A stretch of DNA of 64,000 nucleotides from Octopus bimaculoides (GCF_001194135.2 NC_068981.1:65372236-65436235); one strand, 5' to 3'; numbered from the stretch's first letter, positions 1 to 12,249 are shown. Numbers and translations are program-made. The notes: a model not told the origin generated them from the sequence alone.

Positions 1-59
1 GTGAGAAAATGGTTGAGTTTATTTGTTGTATTAATGTGTCTATTGGAGATACAGTTGGG

Positions 60-730
60 TGAGAATACTGTGTTGACAGTTCAGAATAGTAAACAATTTT
101 GTCTCTGTATCAGATATGTTTGTGTTGGGAGAAGTGTAAAAGCTAGAAACATACATTGCAGTTACAAAAGATGAAGACTTAAGAGAAAGGTGAAGTTAGA
201 TGTTTTCATTGAAGAAAGTAATGGTCAAATAGTTTCTAGTGATTGATGTCTATTGATTATGTGTTTTCTTGTTTATGATTGATACATGTAGTGATGGTGT
301 ATTTTTCTGATGGTGAAGTAGACTTGGTTGTCATGTCCTTGTTTCAAACAGGTTTTGAGGTTTTTGCACCTGGACAGAGTATTGATCTGGTGTAATATGT
401 CTAAGTTGTGTATGGATGATGCTTATGTGTGAAGGATAGCAGTATCTGGATAATGTGTAGTTTGAACTTAGAGTAACTATGTTATAAATATCCAGAAAGA
501 AGAATGGACAAGATATTAACATATCATGAGCTACACCAAATATGATAGTATTTTAAGTAGAAAAATCTGTTAGTTCATGCTGTACAAGATGCTTCCATTT
601 TGAGAAATAGGTGTACCCATACGCAAGTAACTCAGCTAGGAGGTTCTTCTGACGGGTATAGTTGATGGCTTTGAGGATGTCAAAGATAACAATCATACTT
701 TTTTATAGAGTTCCTGTGATGGTCATTTTG
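60..730 (-). mobile_element. Ancient CR1/L2/Jockey-group LINE reverse transcriptase relic
   Basis: Minus-strand translation gives degenerate RT motifs: FDILKAINYTRQKNLLAELLAYG (cf. LDISKAFDRVWHxxLLxKLxxYG), PFFFLDIYNI (cf. PxLFLLFINDL) and YPDTAILH (cf. YADDSTLH). Many stops and frameshifts. Confidence 0.45.
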
Positions 731-2978
731 CTGGTGTCAAATGATGGGTAAACTGCTTCCAGTTTTTAACTTCCTTTGGTGTTATAAACAGTATTTTTCA
801 CTTGCACTGTTACAGGGTTGTGGACTTTAGTTGTGTGGGTGAAACATTGAAAAGTATACTGGGGAAGATATTTTCAATCACAACATATGAAATAATAAAT
901 TCTGTTGAGTTAGCAGAAATTTTCTCTGTGCACGATTCATTGTCAGTTTTTATAAATGTATATCTCATTTGTTAGCAAATTACATAGAAAGAGAAGAAAG
1001 AGAGAGAGGAAGAAAGAAAAAAAAGATTATTTACAATGAAATAAAAGATTTTATATTTATTTCTTCATTTTATAGTAGTCTGTGATGATATTTTATCATT
1101 TGAATTTAGGAAATATATTTTTTTTTATGATCATTACTTTATTTCTTAGTTGTAGAATAGTTGATATTGACCCAACCCTGTACACACACACACACACACA
1201 CACACACACCCATTCTGAAATCTTTATTTTGTCTAACCTTTGTCCATCGATTGTGTGGAACATATACTCAACATCCAATAAAACATCTTCTGGTTAATGT
1301 TATTAACTGATCAAAATCTAATAAATGTGACGTCTTGTTCTATTTTAAGTTTATATCTCTGTAGAACACGTGTATCAATGAATGCATACAGGACTGTGTG
1401 CGTGTGTGCGCAAATATGTCTCTTGGATACAAACAAGGTTGTATCATTAAGAAGTTTGCTTTGGAATTATGAAGTCCTGGGTTTGAGCCCATGGTCTGGT
1501 ATCTTGGGTATCTTTTATCAGCCTTGGATCAACCCAAGGCTCGTGAGTGAAATTGGGTTATTAGAAACTGTAAGAAACCATTACTCCATTAAAACTTGTG
1601 GGTATTTAAGCAATGTGTTCATGGATAGTTGATAGGTTGGATGAAGTGCTGATGAAAGGAAAATAATCCTTGGAATATGTATATACACCCACTACCTATT
1701 TTTATATCTTCTATCACATTGTTTACATAGATGTATTTGTTTATGAAACATTGTAACTTGCAGTGCTGGCTCTGAATTCTATAGAAAATCTATAGAGATC
1801 ATACTAAAATGAAATTTAGGTGTTATTAACATGTGGTAAGGCACAGTATTGGCTTAATAAACTTATGATATACTTAGTTGTGTATTATTAGTGCAAACGA
1901 AATATTGCTGCTTTCCTAGCAATCAAACTGGACAGAAAGTACTACTTGTAAGTCAAAGTGTCAGTATTGTTGCATATTATGTTAAGCAAATGTTAACAGA
2001 TGATTACATTAAAGCTACAAGTGTCTGTGGAATACTCAACCACTTACACATAAGTTCAATGAGTAGGTAGTTCAATTGCTCAAACTGTTGGAATACTGTT
2101 GGCATTGACACCAACTAGACTTATAATTATTTCATCAACTTAGGAAGGATTTGAATTTAGAATGTCAAGGAATACAACTAAACACCACAAAGCATTTTGT
2201 CTGTCAAGTGCAAGATAGTTCGATAATATTCAAAATCTCAGTTGGTCAGGCTTGGGAATCCAGCAGTAAAGTGTAAACAGTGTTGTGTCTGAGGCCTCTA
2301 CATCTCAAGAGTAGTGGGCAGCAAAACTAGATGGAACTCTACCACTCCTTTGCACTTCAATGATAATAATGATGATGATTTCAGTGACTTCTAAACATGA
2401 GCAAAAAGCTACAAATGTGTTTGTAGTCAATTACACTGGTCCCAGTACTTGACTAGTACTTACTTATCAACCACATAACTAATTAACCATGAAGCATTTT
2501 CATCAAGCTATCAAGCATTAGTAATTATGACAGCAATATTTATACCAGTTGCAGTCTTGTTAATTAATAACTACATCAGAAAAGATGCATAATGAAAAAT
2601 GAAAGCTGATTGCAGTATTACCTCTTTGAAGTCTTCTGTTGTTATTATTTATCTTTATCTCTACTGTTATAACAAATCACAGTCTCTTCTACCTGGTCCT
2701 GTTCTGCTTCTATTTATCTCATTTCTATTAACCAATCTAGTTTGTGTTTGAATCATTTATGAAACAAAATCTTAGTTATAAGATTATTTTTTTAGATCAT
2801 TAACCTCCTCTTTAGAGACAAAATTTCTTTGAATATTTAATATTAAAATCTACACTTTGGTTTGATCTCTGAATTTCATCAGGTGTTTTATTCTTGGATG
2901 TTTACATTAATACCAGATTGAATTTGAACTAGGGACCTTCATTGCTACTATCTTATCTTCTGTAATATAATCATTATT

Positions 2979-3360
2979 GTGGAGGCACAATGGCCCAGTG
3001 GTTAGGGCAGCGGACTCGCGGTCATAGGATCGTGGTTTCGATTCCCAGACCAGGCGTTGTGAGTGTTTATTGAGCCAAAACACCTAAAGCTCCACGAGAC
3101 TCCGGCAGGGGATGGTGGCGAGCCCTGTTGTACTCTTTCACCACAACTTTCTCTCACTCTTACTTCCTGTTTCTGTTGTGCCTGTAATTCAAAAGGCCAG
3201 CCTTGTCACACTGTGTCACGCTGAATATCCCCGAGAACTACATTAAGGGTACACGTGTCTGTGGAGTACTCAGTCACTTGCACGTTAATTTCACAAGCAG
3301 ACTATTCCATTGATTGGATCAACTGGAACCCTCAACGTTGTAAGCGATGGAGTGCCAACC
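2979..3360 (+). mobile_element. tRNA-derived SINE (family C), full length, with 10-bp TSD
   Basis: A box TGGCCCAGTGG (2991-3001) and B box GGTTTCGATTCC (3034-3045), followed by a long non-tRNA body. Direct repeat AATCATTATT at 2969-2978 and 3361-3370. Related copies at 51460-51745 (-) and 48830-48960 (-). Confidence 0.85.
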
Positions 3361-4619
3361 AATCATTATTATCAGTGTTGTTTTGTTCCACTTGATTCCT
3401 TTCTTTACCCACTCTTTTTTTTAACACTTTTATAAAGATAACTTTTTTTTATCTTTACAAAAGAATTTTCAAATAAAGAACAAGGTTGTTTAGAATTGAG
3501 GATTACTTTTCTGCTCTCATCATTTTACTAACATGTTTGCAATTTGTTAAAGATTTCAATCAATTTCTTTTTTTAAATCATATATTTTAATATATGTGTA
3601 TGTATTTGTTTTAAAGCTAGAGAGGTGTATTGCATAAGGAGGTAGAATGAGTTATTGTTTTAGTTCATTTAGTTAGTATCTTCTATTTCTAAGTTTAAAT
3701 TCTGCATTTCAAACCTCATTTATCATTTTTTTTCCCTTTACTATTTAGCACAAAGCTATTGAGGGGAAACTTTTGTTGTTTTACATTAATATTCTAACTG
3801 CTAAATTCTGTAAGTTTGGAAACTGTTATAAGATGGGCTGACAGATGAAAGCTGAGATATATTTCTTCTCCAGAGAAACAGTCTGTTATCAGTATAAGTA
3901 TGGTTTGAACTGTTTTGTAGTTTAGAATTGTAACTTCTGAGATTCATGAAATAAGTACCTATAAGGTATAGGATGTCAAATTCAGTTAATCTCTGTCTCA
4001 CATAACAACATACCTTATGCATCCAGGAAAGATGTTCTTGTAACATATTTAACGTTTCCTTAGTTCATAGAAGTTTATAAGGGCTGGTGCTTAAGTCTGG
4101 TTTCATGACATTATGTAAGTGAGGGATAAATCTCCCTCTGGATAGGGCATTAGTCTTTCACCTGTTGTTGCTATTTACAGACACCTATGATCTTTTACCA
4201 TTGCCAAACAAATCCAAGACCACATTATTCAACATGTCCTTTGCTAAGATATCATTTTGTGTCCATTCTCCATGTTGGCATGAGTTGGACAGTACCACAG
4301 GATCCAAGAGGATGGAGGACCACATCACGCTGCAATCTCTCAGTTGTGGTGTGGTTTCTACAACTTGATCCCCTTCCTAACATGAGCTACTTCACAGATT
4401 GTACTGGATGCTTTTTTCTGTGTGTGATAACCAGCACTTATGAGGTTGTCTTAAATAGCCTTCTTAACTGAGGATTCTTTAGTCTTGCTACCCATATGAA
4501 GACAATAGGTGGGAGGTTATTTGAAAGAGATGTGGTTGCTATTTCTAGCAGACTGAATGACCACAAAAAAGTTTCCTCATTAGACTGCAGCACCTACTCT
4601 GTGTGTGTGTGTGTGTGTA

Positions 4620-4812
4620 ATTTATCTTGTTTCAGTCATTACTGTCATCATGCTGGGGCATCATCTTGAAGAATTTTTTGCCAAATGAATTGTCCCCACC
4701 ACTTTTACTTTTTAAAGCCTGTTACTTATTCTATTAGCTTTGCTGAACTGCTAAGTTATGAGGATGTAAACAAACCAACACTGTTTGTCAAGCAGTGGTG
4801 GGTGACAAACAG

Positions 4813-4830
<18 letters not shown>
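4620..4830 (-). mobile_element. SINE family A, 3' half
   Basis: Matches the 3' half of the 18776-19170 copy (TTGTTTCAGTCATT...CATGCTGG; GCTGAACTGCTAAGTTA; TGTCAAGC) and runs into (CA)n/(TA)n. Confidence 0.7.
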
Positions 4831-4873
<43 letters not shown>

Positions 4874-5840
4874 NNNNNNNNNNNNNNNNNNNNNNNNNNN
4901 NNNNNNNNNNNNNNNNNNNNNNNNNNNNNNNNNNNNNNNNNNNNNNNNNNNNNNNNNNNNNNNNNNNNNNNNNNNNNNNNNNNNNNNNNNNNNNNNNNNN
5001 NNNNNNNNNNNNNNNNNNNNNNNNNNNNNNNNNNNNNNNNNNNNNNNNNNNNNNNNNNNNNNNNNNNNNNNNNNNNNNNNNNNNNNNNNNNNNNNNNNNN
5101 NNNNNNNNNNNNNNNNNNNNNNNNNNNNNNNNNNNNNNNNNNNNNNNNNNNNNNNNNNNNNNNNNNNNNNNNNNNNNNNNNNNNNNNNNNNNNNNNNNNN
5201 NNNNNNNNNNNNNNNNNNNNNNNNNNNNNNNNNNNNNNNNNNNNNNNNNNNNNNNNNNNNNNNNNNNNNNNNNNNNNNNNNNNNNNNNNNNNNNNNNNNN
5301 NNNNNNNNNNNNNNNNNNNNNNNNNNNNNNNNNNNNNNNNNNNNNNNNNNNNNNNNNNNNNNNNNNNNNNNNNNNNNNNNNNNNNNNNNNNNNNNNNNNN
5401 NNNNNNNNNNNNNNNNNNNNNNNNNNNNNNNNNNNNNNNNNNNNNNNNNNNNNNNNNNNNNNNNNNNNNNNNNNNNNNNNNNNNNNNNNNNNNNNNNNNN
5501 NNNNNNNNNNNNNNNNNNNNNNNNNNNNNNNNNNNNNNNNNNNNNNNNNNNNNNNNNNNNNNNNNNNNNNNNNNNNNNNNNNNNNNNNNNNNNNNNNNNN
5601 NNNNNNNNNNNNNNNNNNNNNNNNNNNNNNNNNNNNNNNNNNNNNNNNNNNNNNNNNNNNNNNNNNNNNNNNNNNNNNNNNNNNNNNNNNNNNNNNNNNN
5701 NNNNNNNNNNNNNNNNNNNNNNNNNNNNNNNNNNNNNNNNNNNNNNNNNNNNNNNNNNNNNNNNNNNNNNNNNNNNNNNNNNNNNNNNNNNNNNNNNNNN
5801 NNNNNNNNNNNNNNNNNNNNNNNNNNNNNNNNNNNNNNNN
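4874..5840. other. Assembly gap (N run) inside a (TA)n microsatellite
   Basis: N run flanked by (TA)n on both sides. Other gaps: 12777-12859, 31722-31781, 48072-48081, 51349-51384, 60869-61006. Confidence 0.99.
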
Positions 5841-5873
<33 letters not shown>

Positions 5874-6299
5874 AGTAGAAGTTAAAATAGCCTCATTAAG
5901 GGATAAAAATATCCAATGAATTACTGGTTCATTGTCTATTATTTTTATGAATAGTAATATTCATAAAATAATAGGTTTAAGTATAAATCTTGGTTTATAA
6001 ATATTCAAATTAAAATTCAGAAAATGGAGATGTAGTGTTAATACAATTTATTAACTGCAAAACTTCAACATGTTCTCTTACAGCTGTTTCGATTTTGCCC
6101 AAAGAATTAAATTCAGTAATTAAATCATTGAATTGGGCCAAATTTTGCCCAAAGATATTGTAGAAAACATTTGCCAAGGTTTCTGAATTTCTCATATTCT
6201 ACCTTCCAGAGCATCACCACCTTCTCTGCTATCTTTCCTACATGTACCACACTCTATTATTTCATCTACTTCCTTATCTTCACTTAACCACCCCTAGTC

Positions 6300-7174
6300 T
6301 CTCTATTTTTGTTTTTCTTATATTTCTACTTCTTTACTCATTCTAGCTTCTTTTCCCTTATTACTTTTTCTTTCTCTCATTCTCTACATGTGTATCTGTT
6401 TCTATACATTTCTCACTCTGTGTCTCTCTCGCTCTTTGTATCTATATCTCTCCATATATGTTTCGTTTTCGCTTTCTTACTATCATTTTCTATCTCACTC
6501 TATTTCTTTCTCTCTTTTTCTGCCTCTTTTTCTATTCAAAATGTTCTCTATTAAAACAATCCTTTTAAACTGTCATAATCTACTGACAGATAATATCTAT
6601 ACATGTCCTCCAATAAAGAACTAATATTGCACACATACATGCACATGTACTCACAATATACACGCATGAACACATACACTACCAGGTACACACACATGTG
6701 CATTGATATGCACCCGTACACACAGATATGTTTGCCAACAGACATACACACCCAGACATGTTCACTAACATATACACTAATAGTTGTGCACAGACATACC
6801 AACACACATCTTCTCAGACACACAACATTTGTGCATGCACTGATATGCACACACACACATGCAAACACATTCACACAAACCATCTGCATGAAAGCATACA
6901 CTCATAGATTTACACACATGCACAAACGCAACATCTATGAAAACGCACAAACATATATGCAAATGATACATGAAAAGTAGTCACCTGTACACCCCACCTA
7001 AATCTATACAGTATATGCAAATGATATACATCAAGCACAATTGTAAGTACACACATACACATGCATAAAGTCTGCACACAGATGCATATTATACAAGTAC
7101 ATGCACTTTTACGTATGTTCTCTCACACATGCACAACTCTATAGACGTATGTACATATTCCTGTATTCAGATAT

Positions 7175-7215
<41 letters not shown>
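6300..7215. repeat. Degenerate (CT)n-rich then (CA)n/(CATA)n-rich low-complexity tract
   Basis: Directly visible: pyrimidine-rich 6300-6540, then decayed ACAC/CATA repeats ending in (CT)n(CA)n at ~7175-7215. Confidence 0.85.
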
Positions 7216-7218
<3 letters not shown>

Positions 7219-7776
7219 GCACAGTCTGTATTTAGAAGACAACTGGATGAAATCGTCAAGTGTAGACAATGTTTTACCTACATACTTTCACTATGTTGAT
7301 ATAATAATGAGCTATTTGTGCAGTTGAGACCGAAAAAAAAAAGAAAATGAATTAAATCAAACATATCTACTTATGTATCATCATCATCATCATTATTATC
7401 ATCATTGTCATAGCATTTGGACAGCTTTGTTTTTTTTTTCTTTTTTATTTCCGACTGCAGTAATTTCTTTGCATTCTTCTCTACATAGATATTACTTGAA
7501 ATGAAATGAAATGAAATGAAGCTACTTATTTGCTCTCTTTCTATCTCTCTCTCTCTCTAATGACAAGATACTTATTACTTTTGCTAAGATTTCTTTTTAA
7601 TTTATATTTTGAGAGTACTTTTACCCCTCTCTATACTTTCTTCATTTTCATTCTTTTCTTCCCCATTTTTTATTCTTTGTTCTTCTTATTTGACATACTT
7701 ATTGGATGTACTTCAAGATGTGATTAAGTGATTACAAAATAATAATAATAGTAATAATAATAATAATATCAAAAAG

Positions 7777-8136
7777 AAAGAGGACGAAAAACAAACAGAT
7801 TACAATCCCTTAAAATTTGAAATAGGAAGAATTTGGAGTATGAGAACTGTCATGGTTGCGTCTATAATAATTGGTGCATTGGAATAGTAAGCAAAGATAT
7901 AGACAAATGGCTGAAGGAGATTGGAATAGAATGCCCTGTAGAGCTCCTACAGAAAGTTTGTCTCTTAGGGACAGCAAGGATTATCAGGAGGGTTCTAAGC
8001 ACTTGAAAGACTTCTGAAAACTTGTGGATACCTGAATTTATAGGTAGTAACCTGCTACCCACATAAGTCCAACCAGGAATATGATTGAACCTGTGTCAAA
8101 CCAAATAATAATAAGGATAATAATGATAACAATAAT
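7777..8136 (+). mobile_element. 5'-truncated R4/Dong-like non-LTR retrotransposon (C-terminal RLE endonuclease end plus 3' UTR)
   Basis: Frame from 7777 reads KEDEKQTDYNPLKFEIGRIWSMRTVMVASIIIGAL, then after a 1-nt frameshift IVSKDIDKWLKEIGIECPVELLQKVCLLGTARIIRRVLST*. This is the typical C-terminus of restriction-like-endonuclease LINEs. Flanked by (TAA)n at 7739-7767 and 8104-8136. Confidence 0.85.
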
Positions 8137-8442
8137 TCTATTTAAAAAAAAGACCCTGTCTGTGAGTTTACCATTTAGACTGTACCTATATTAATTTATA
8201 GCTCAACTGATATCCTTTACACTAGATCCTTAAAAAGATTGTGAAACAGCAAGAAGAAATTTAAAATTATATTAGGAAACTACTGATGATGGAAATAGTA
8301 AAGAACATGTTTTGAGCTTTCCCAAATAATCATCCTCAGTGATATTGGAGTTAGACAGAGCAACAAGGCTTTATTAAATATGAACCATCAAAGGAGATTT
8401 TTATGTGGTTACACTTAGCCTGTTATAGATTAAATGCCAGAC

Positions 8443-8655
8443 CAAGGTGGAGAGCTGGTAATACTGTTAGTATGTCAGATGAAATGTTTGGCATTTTGCT
8501 CTTTTTATATTCTGAGTTCAAATTCAACCAAGGTTGATTTTGCCTTTCATCCTTTCAGGGTTGATCAAATAAGTACCAGTCAATACTGGGGGTCAATGTA
8601 ATCAACTTCCTCTCCCCTCAAAAGCTGTTGGCCTTGTGTCAAAATTTTGAATCCA
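8443..8655 (+). mobile_element. SINE family B (~220 bp, GGCGAGCTGGCAGAA head)
   Basis: Shares TTCTGAGTTCAAATTC...TTTGCCTTTCATCCTTTC...AAGTACCAGT...CTGGGGT...GGCCTTGTG with more than 10 other copies in the window. Confidence 0.8.
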
Positions 8656-8794
8656 TAAATTAAATGCTAAACTCCACTCAAATAAAGCCCTACTGGCTTA
8701 AAAAAAAAAGCTCAGGTTGAGGTGGGTGGCTAGACAGACAAAAAAGGAGTTTTTTCAAACCAATGATGAATTCTTGTGAGCTAAAGAGGGAACC

Positions 8795-9008
8795 TGGACA
8801 TAGTTGCATGATCTGCTAGAAATAGCAGCTTAATCTCACTCAAATGTCTCCCAACAACTTTAAAAAAAAGAGGAAACATTGGATAGTGTTGATACATATA
8901 TTATCTGAAATTAAGAGAAAAGAAAAGAGCAGGATAGTTGTGGCTGTTAACATATTTGATTGAAGGTCTGCTTGGCCTAAACTAACCAAAGGGCTAAACA
9001 ACAACTAC
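8795..9008 (+). repeat. Unclassified dispersed repeat (family D) ending in (CAA)n
   Basis: CTGCTAGAAATAGCAGC...CTCAAAT...TTAAAAAAAAG...ACATTGGATA...GGATxGTxxTGGCTG...GGGCTAAACAACAAC. Recurs at about 9075, 18500, 22490, 29300, 29770, 30340, 33870(-), 34388, 45760, 53700, 54560, 58050(-), 59020(-), 62960(-). Confidence 0.75.
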
Positions 9009-9613
9009 AAAAAAAAAATAAATGAACAAAACAAAGACTGTTTTTGTAGCCAACAAGACTGTCTGTATATGAGTGCTTGGCCTGCTACAAATAACAGCTA
9101 AATCTCTCTCAAACCCCACCCTAGTATCTTTAAAAGGAAGAACACACTGGTTAGTGTAGTCTTAGATAAACTGTAAGAAGCTGGGATACCTCTGATTAGA
9201 AATCAGCTGCATCAAGCCTAGCTAGAAGCAAAAGCTATGATAGCAGCATTGATTTTGATGCTGTTGTTGTTTAAATCTATTATTTACATTCCTGTTTGCA
9301 GAGAGGAGAATTTTTTTAGCAATAATTCTTACAGTGGATAACCTTATTGGTAACCATTCAAAAGTTAGGTTTTTTTTTCTTTTTTTCTTAAGTCAGTCTA
9401 GCCAACTAGAACAAGTAGAGTTCTATATCTTGTTCAAGGAGTGCAACACAACTGCAATAAGACCATATGGAACTTAAAACCTGATAATCAATTTTCCAGT
9501 ATCTTAACTTTACAGGTACACTTAAATAGGCCTGTCTCTTGAAAACGTGCTGCTATTACAGTTACAGAAGTATTAGTGAGAGATTGACACAATGTTCTAT
9601 TTTCTTTGTTCAA

Positions 9614-9688
9614 TCAGCATAGGAGCTTCTGCTGTCTTTCAGCCTGTTGTATCAGCAGCTGAGTTTCCTTTAACAATCTACCTGCTAA
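9614..9688 (-). CDS. Candidate terminal coding exon (phase 0): LAGRLLKETQLLIQQAERQQKLLC*
   Basis: Preceded on the minus strand by a tract of more than 35 T then accttag (very strong acceptor). Helical/coiled-coil-like peptide. In frame with the 17681-17740 candidate. No homology evidence. Confidence 0.3.
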   Translation of the reverse strand, partial: LAGRLLKETQLLIQQAERQQKLLC

Positions 9689-9692
9689 CTAA

Positions 9693-9693
<1 letters not shown>
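9618..9693 (+). CDS. Candidate internal exon (phase 2 to 0), unidentified protein: IGASAVFQPVVSAAEFPLTIYLLTK
   Basis: Acceptor ttctattttctttgttcaatcag, donor AAG/gtaaaa, 76 nt with one open frame. Competes with the minus-strand reading of the same bases. Confidence 0.3.
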
Positions 9694-9731
<38 letters not shown>

Positions 9732-9769
9732 AAAAAAAACCTGAATCTAAATTTTCAATATGATCTTTT

Positions 9770-9985
9770 CTACAATAGGCTGAGGGTTAGATATTTTGCA
9801 GGAGGGAACTAGTTGATTACATTGACCTCAGTGCTAAACTGGTGCTTATTTTATTTGACCCCAAAAGAATGAAAGGTGAAATCAACCTTGGTAGAATTTG
9901 AACTCAGAACGTAAAGCCACAAAAAAAATAAGTGGTGTTAAGCATTTTGTCTAGTGTACTAAAGATTTCTGCGAGCTTGCCACTC
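9770..9985 (-). mobile_element. SINE family B, inverted relative to 8443-8655
   Basis: Plus strand reads ATGAAAGGTGAAATCAACCTTGGTAGAATTTGAACTCAGAACGTAAAG...TAAGCATTTTGTC...GCGAGCTTGCC, the reverse complement of the family B core. Confidence 0.75.
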
Positions 9986-10334
9986 TAAATTCTTAATATG
10001 GCAAGTTTTGCATGGCCTGACTAACAAACAAGCCAACTATAGAGTTTGATGTAAGGTACTTAAATCTATAATAGTGTTCACAGTGTGGTCAGGAAATAGA
10101 TTGAGTCATAGCATTTTTGGGAACCATGTCATATTTTCTAACAAAGATGACTGATTGGTTTCAAATGTCATTGAAATATGACTAAAATCTCTCAGGGTTA
10201 AGGTCTAATTCCTTAGCCATTTAAATCTATAATACAATCATATTTTAAGGCAAATGTATAACAAGTACAAAATGTACAGTGTTTGCTGTGAGGTAGCTGG
10301 GGCAGATGCTGTATAACAAGTGATCCTGAATATA

Positions 10335-10730
10335 GTGGTTGTGTGGTAAGAAACTTGCTTCCTAGTCATGTGGTTCTGGTATCAGTCCCACTGTGTTGCA
10401 CCTTGGGCAAGTGTCTTCTATTGTCGCCTTCAACCTATAAAATCCTTGTGGATGGGTTTGATAGACAGAAACTGAAAGAGGCCCATCATATGTTATATAA
10501 TATGTTTGTGTGTGTCTTTGTGTCTGTCCACCATCACTGCTTGACAACCAATGCTGGTGTTTACATCCTTGTAACTTAGCAGTTCAGCAAAAAGAGACCG
10601 ATAGAGTAAGTACCAGGTTTAATAAAAAATAGGTACTGGGGTTGATTCATTTCACTAGAAATTCTTTAAGATGGTGCCCCAGCATGGTTGTAGTCCAATG
10701 ACTGAAACAAGTAAGAGATAAAAGATAGTA
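10335..10730 (+). mobile_element. SINE family A (tRNA-like head, internal (TA/TG)n, AAGATA-type tail), full length
   Basis: GTGTGGTAAGAAACTTGCTTCC...GGTTCTGGTATCAGTCCCACTG...CCTTGGGCAAGTGTCTTCTA...GACAGAAACTGAAAGA...GACTGAAACAAGTAAGAGATAAAAG. Resembles the abundant octopus OR-type SINEs (family name is an inference). Confidence 0.85.
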
Positions 10731-11089
10731 ACAGCAGTATTTGCAGTTGGGATAATTGCAGCCTTAAAGTACACTCTCTCATCAAAATGTTCTCAGCCAG
10801 CTCTTTATTTCAAAAGTTTACTAATGATAGTATGAGTGGAGGAAAGTGACAAAAACCACTTCAAAAAATGTAGAATGAAGAGGCTAATCAAATCACTTTG
10901 TCACTCTGGCTACTGACCTACAATTGACACCTCAGTGAGGGGAAATTGTAGGTGTTTACTTGATCTCCTAAAAGTGGGAGCCAAATTATCCTCAAATTAC
11001 ACTCTACATTAGATAATGTTTTCTTGTAGAGGCCCCCACAAAAACAGGATGGTTACAATTGAAATGTTTTTCATCATAGATTTGCTTAA

Positions 11090-11378
11090 GCAAGATCATT
11101 GCCAGTGCCCTTAGACTGACTCTTGTGCGGGTGGCACATAAAATACACCATTTTGAGCGTGGCGGTTGCCAGTACCTGCCTGACTGGCCCTCGTGCCGGT
11201 GGCACGTAAAAGCACCCGCTACACTCTCAAAGTGGTTGGCGTTAGGAAGGACATCCAGCTGTAGAAACTGCCAAATCAGATTGGAGCCTGGTGTAGCCAT
11301 CTGGTTCATCAGTCCTCAGTCAAATCGTCCAACCCATGCTAGCATGGAAAGCGGATGTTAAACGATGATGATGAGGAG
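11090..11378 (+). mobile_element. 3' UTR/tail fragment of an RTE-type LINE, ending in (GAT)n
   Basis: GGCACGTAAAAGCACC...GCGTTAGGAAGGACATCCAGCTGTAGAAAC...CGTCCAACCCATGCTAGCATGGAAAGCGGATGTTAAACGATGATGATG. Reverse-strand copies at 32583-32730 and 62405-62715. The RTE assignment is from familiarity with the family; the tail is not contiguous with an ORF here. Confidence 0.7.
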
Positions 11379-11924
11379 GAGGAGGACTGGCTTGAAACTA
11401 AATAGTGATCCTTTACTGCTTGGCAGACTCTCTAGCCTCCTGCCTTTTTTAAAACTTCTTTTTCTTTCAGCCAAAGTGTCAGTCCCAAACTGTCACTATT
11501 CTCTTCTTCCTCTCTATCCTCAACAACAACAAACATATTCGGGTTTATGAAATTTTCTAAATATGATTATTAAGCTGATTTAAACCTCCCATTGTTCCCA
11601 TCATTCCATTATACTATATGCTGCTTTGATTACTTTAGAATTTTTCATAATTAGAGCATGTTAAAAGTAAAATACTGAAGGAATGTGTGTACACATATAT
11701 GCACATATGTAAGGCATAGCCATGACTGTGATTGAGAAATTCCCTTAGTAATCATGTGGCCTTCAGTTCAGCCCCATTGTGTGGTGCCTTGGGTAGGTGT
11801 CATCTACAAAAGCTCCAGGCTAACCCAAGCCTTGTGACTAGATTTGGTAGACAGAAGCTTCAAGAAGCACATCGTGTGTGTGTGTGTGTTTGTATGTATA
11901 TATACATACACACACACATATACA

Positions 11925-12190
11925 TGGCCTAGTTGTTAGTGTCGCATTCACACATGGTTTCAATTCCTAGACCGGGTGGTGCATTGTGTTCTTGAGCCAA
12001 ACACTTATCTCACTTTGCTCTGCGATCACTTTGACACCTGATGCACAGTACATGGTGCACCTATTCAAGCAATGTTGATTTGATGGAGAAAGTGAGTTAA
12101 CATGCAGCACAAACATTTGATCACTATAAACAAACCATTTGTGTAGGTCATTTGGCAATAGTTGAATGCTCATACATCGTCTTTGACATG
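11925..12190 (+). mobile_element. tRNA-headed SINE (additional subfamily)
   Basis: TGGCCTAGTTGTTAG A-box-like and GGTTTCAATTCC B-box-like motifs, then TGTGTTCTTGAGCCAAACACTT as in the family C head, but a different body. Confidence 0.6.
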
Positions 12191-12249
12191 AGTCCATCAT
12201 ATATATATATATATATATATATACGTGTGTGTGTGTGTATGTATGTATG

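Noticed and set aside
1645-1675. CTGATGA followed by an AAGGA/TCCTT hairpin
   Set aside because: No GAAA box or stem III, and it lies at a decayed SINE tail.
2979-3060. tRNA-like sequences (also 23365-23440 and 51670-51745)
   Set aside because: A and B boxes are present, but they continue into SINE bodies with TSDs and lack a full cloverleaf acceptor stem.
4685-5878. Long ORFs of 397 and 359 aa in the ORF track
   Set aside because: Made of SINE sequence, (TA)n and an N gap translated as X.
6010-6195. Protein-like 61-aa minus ORF (MRNSETLANVFYNIFGQ…) with an internal TTTTGCCCAAAGA repeat
   Set aside because: No usable splice sites on the minus strand and no recognisable motif. The plus-strand acceptor leads to stops in all frames.
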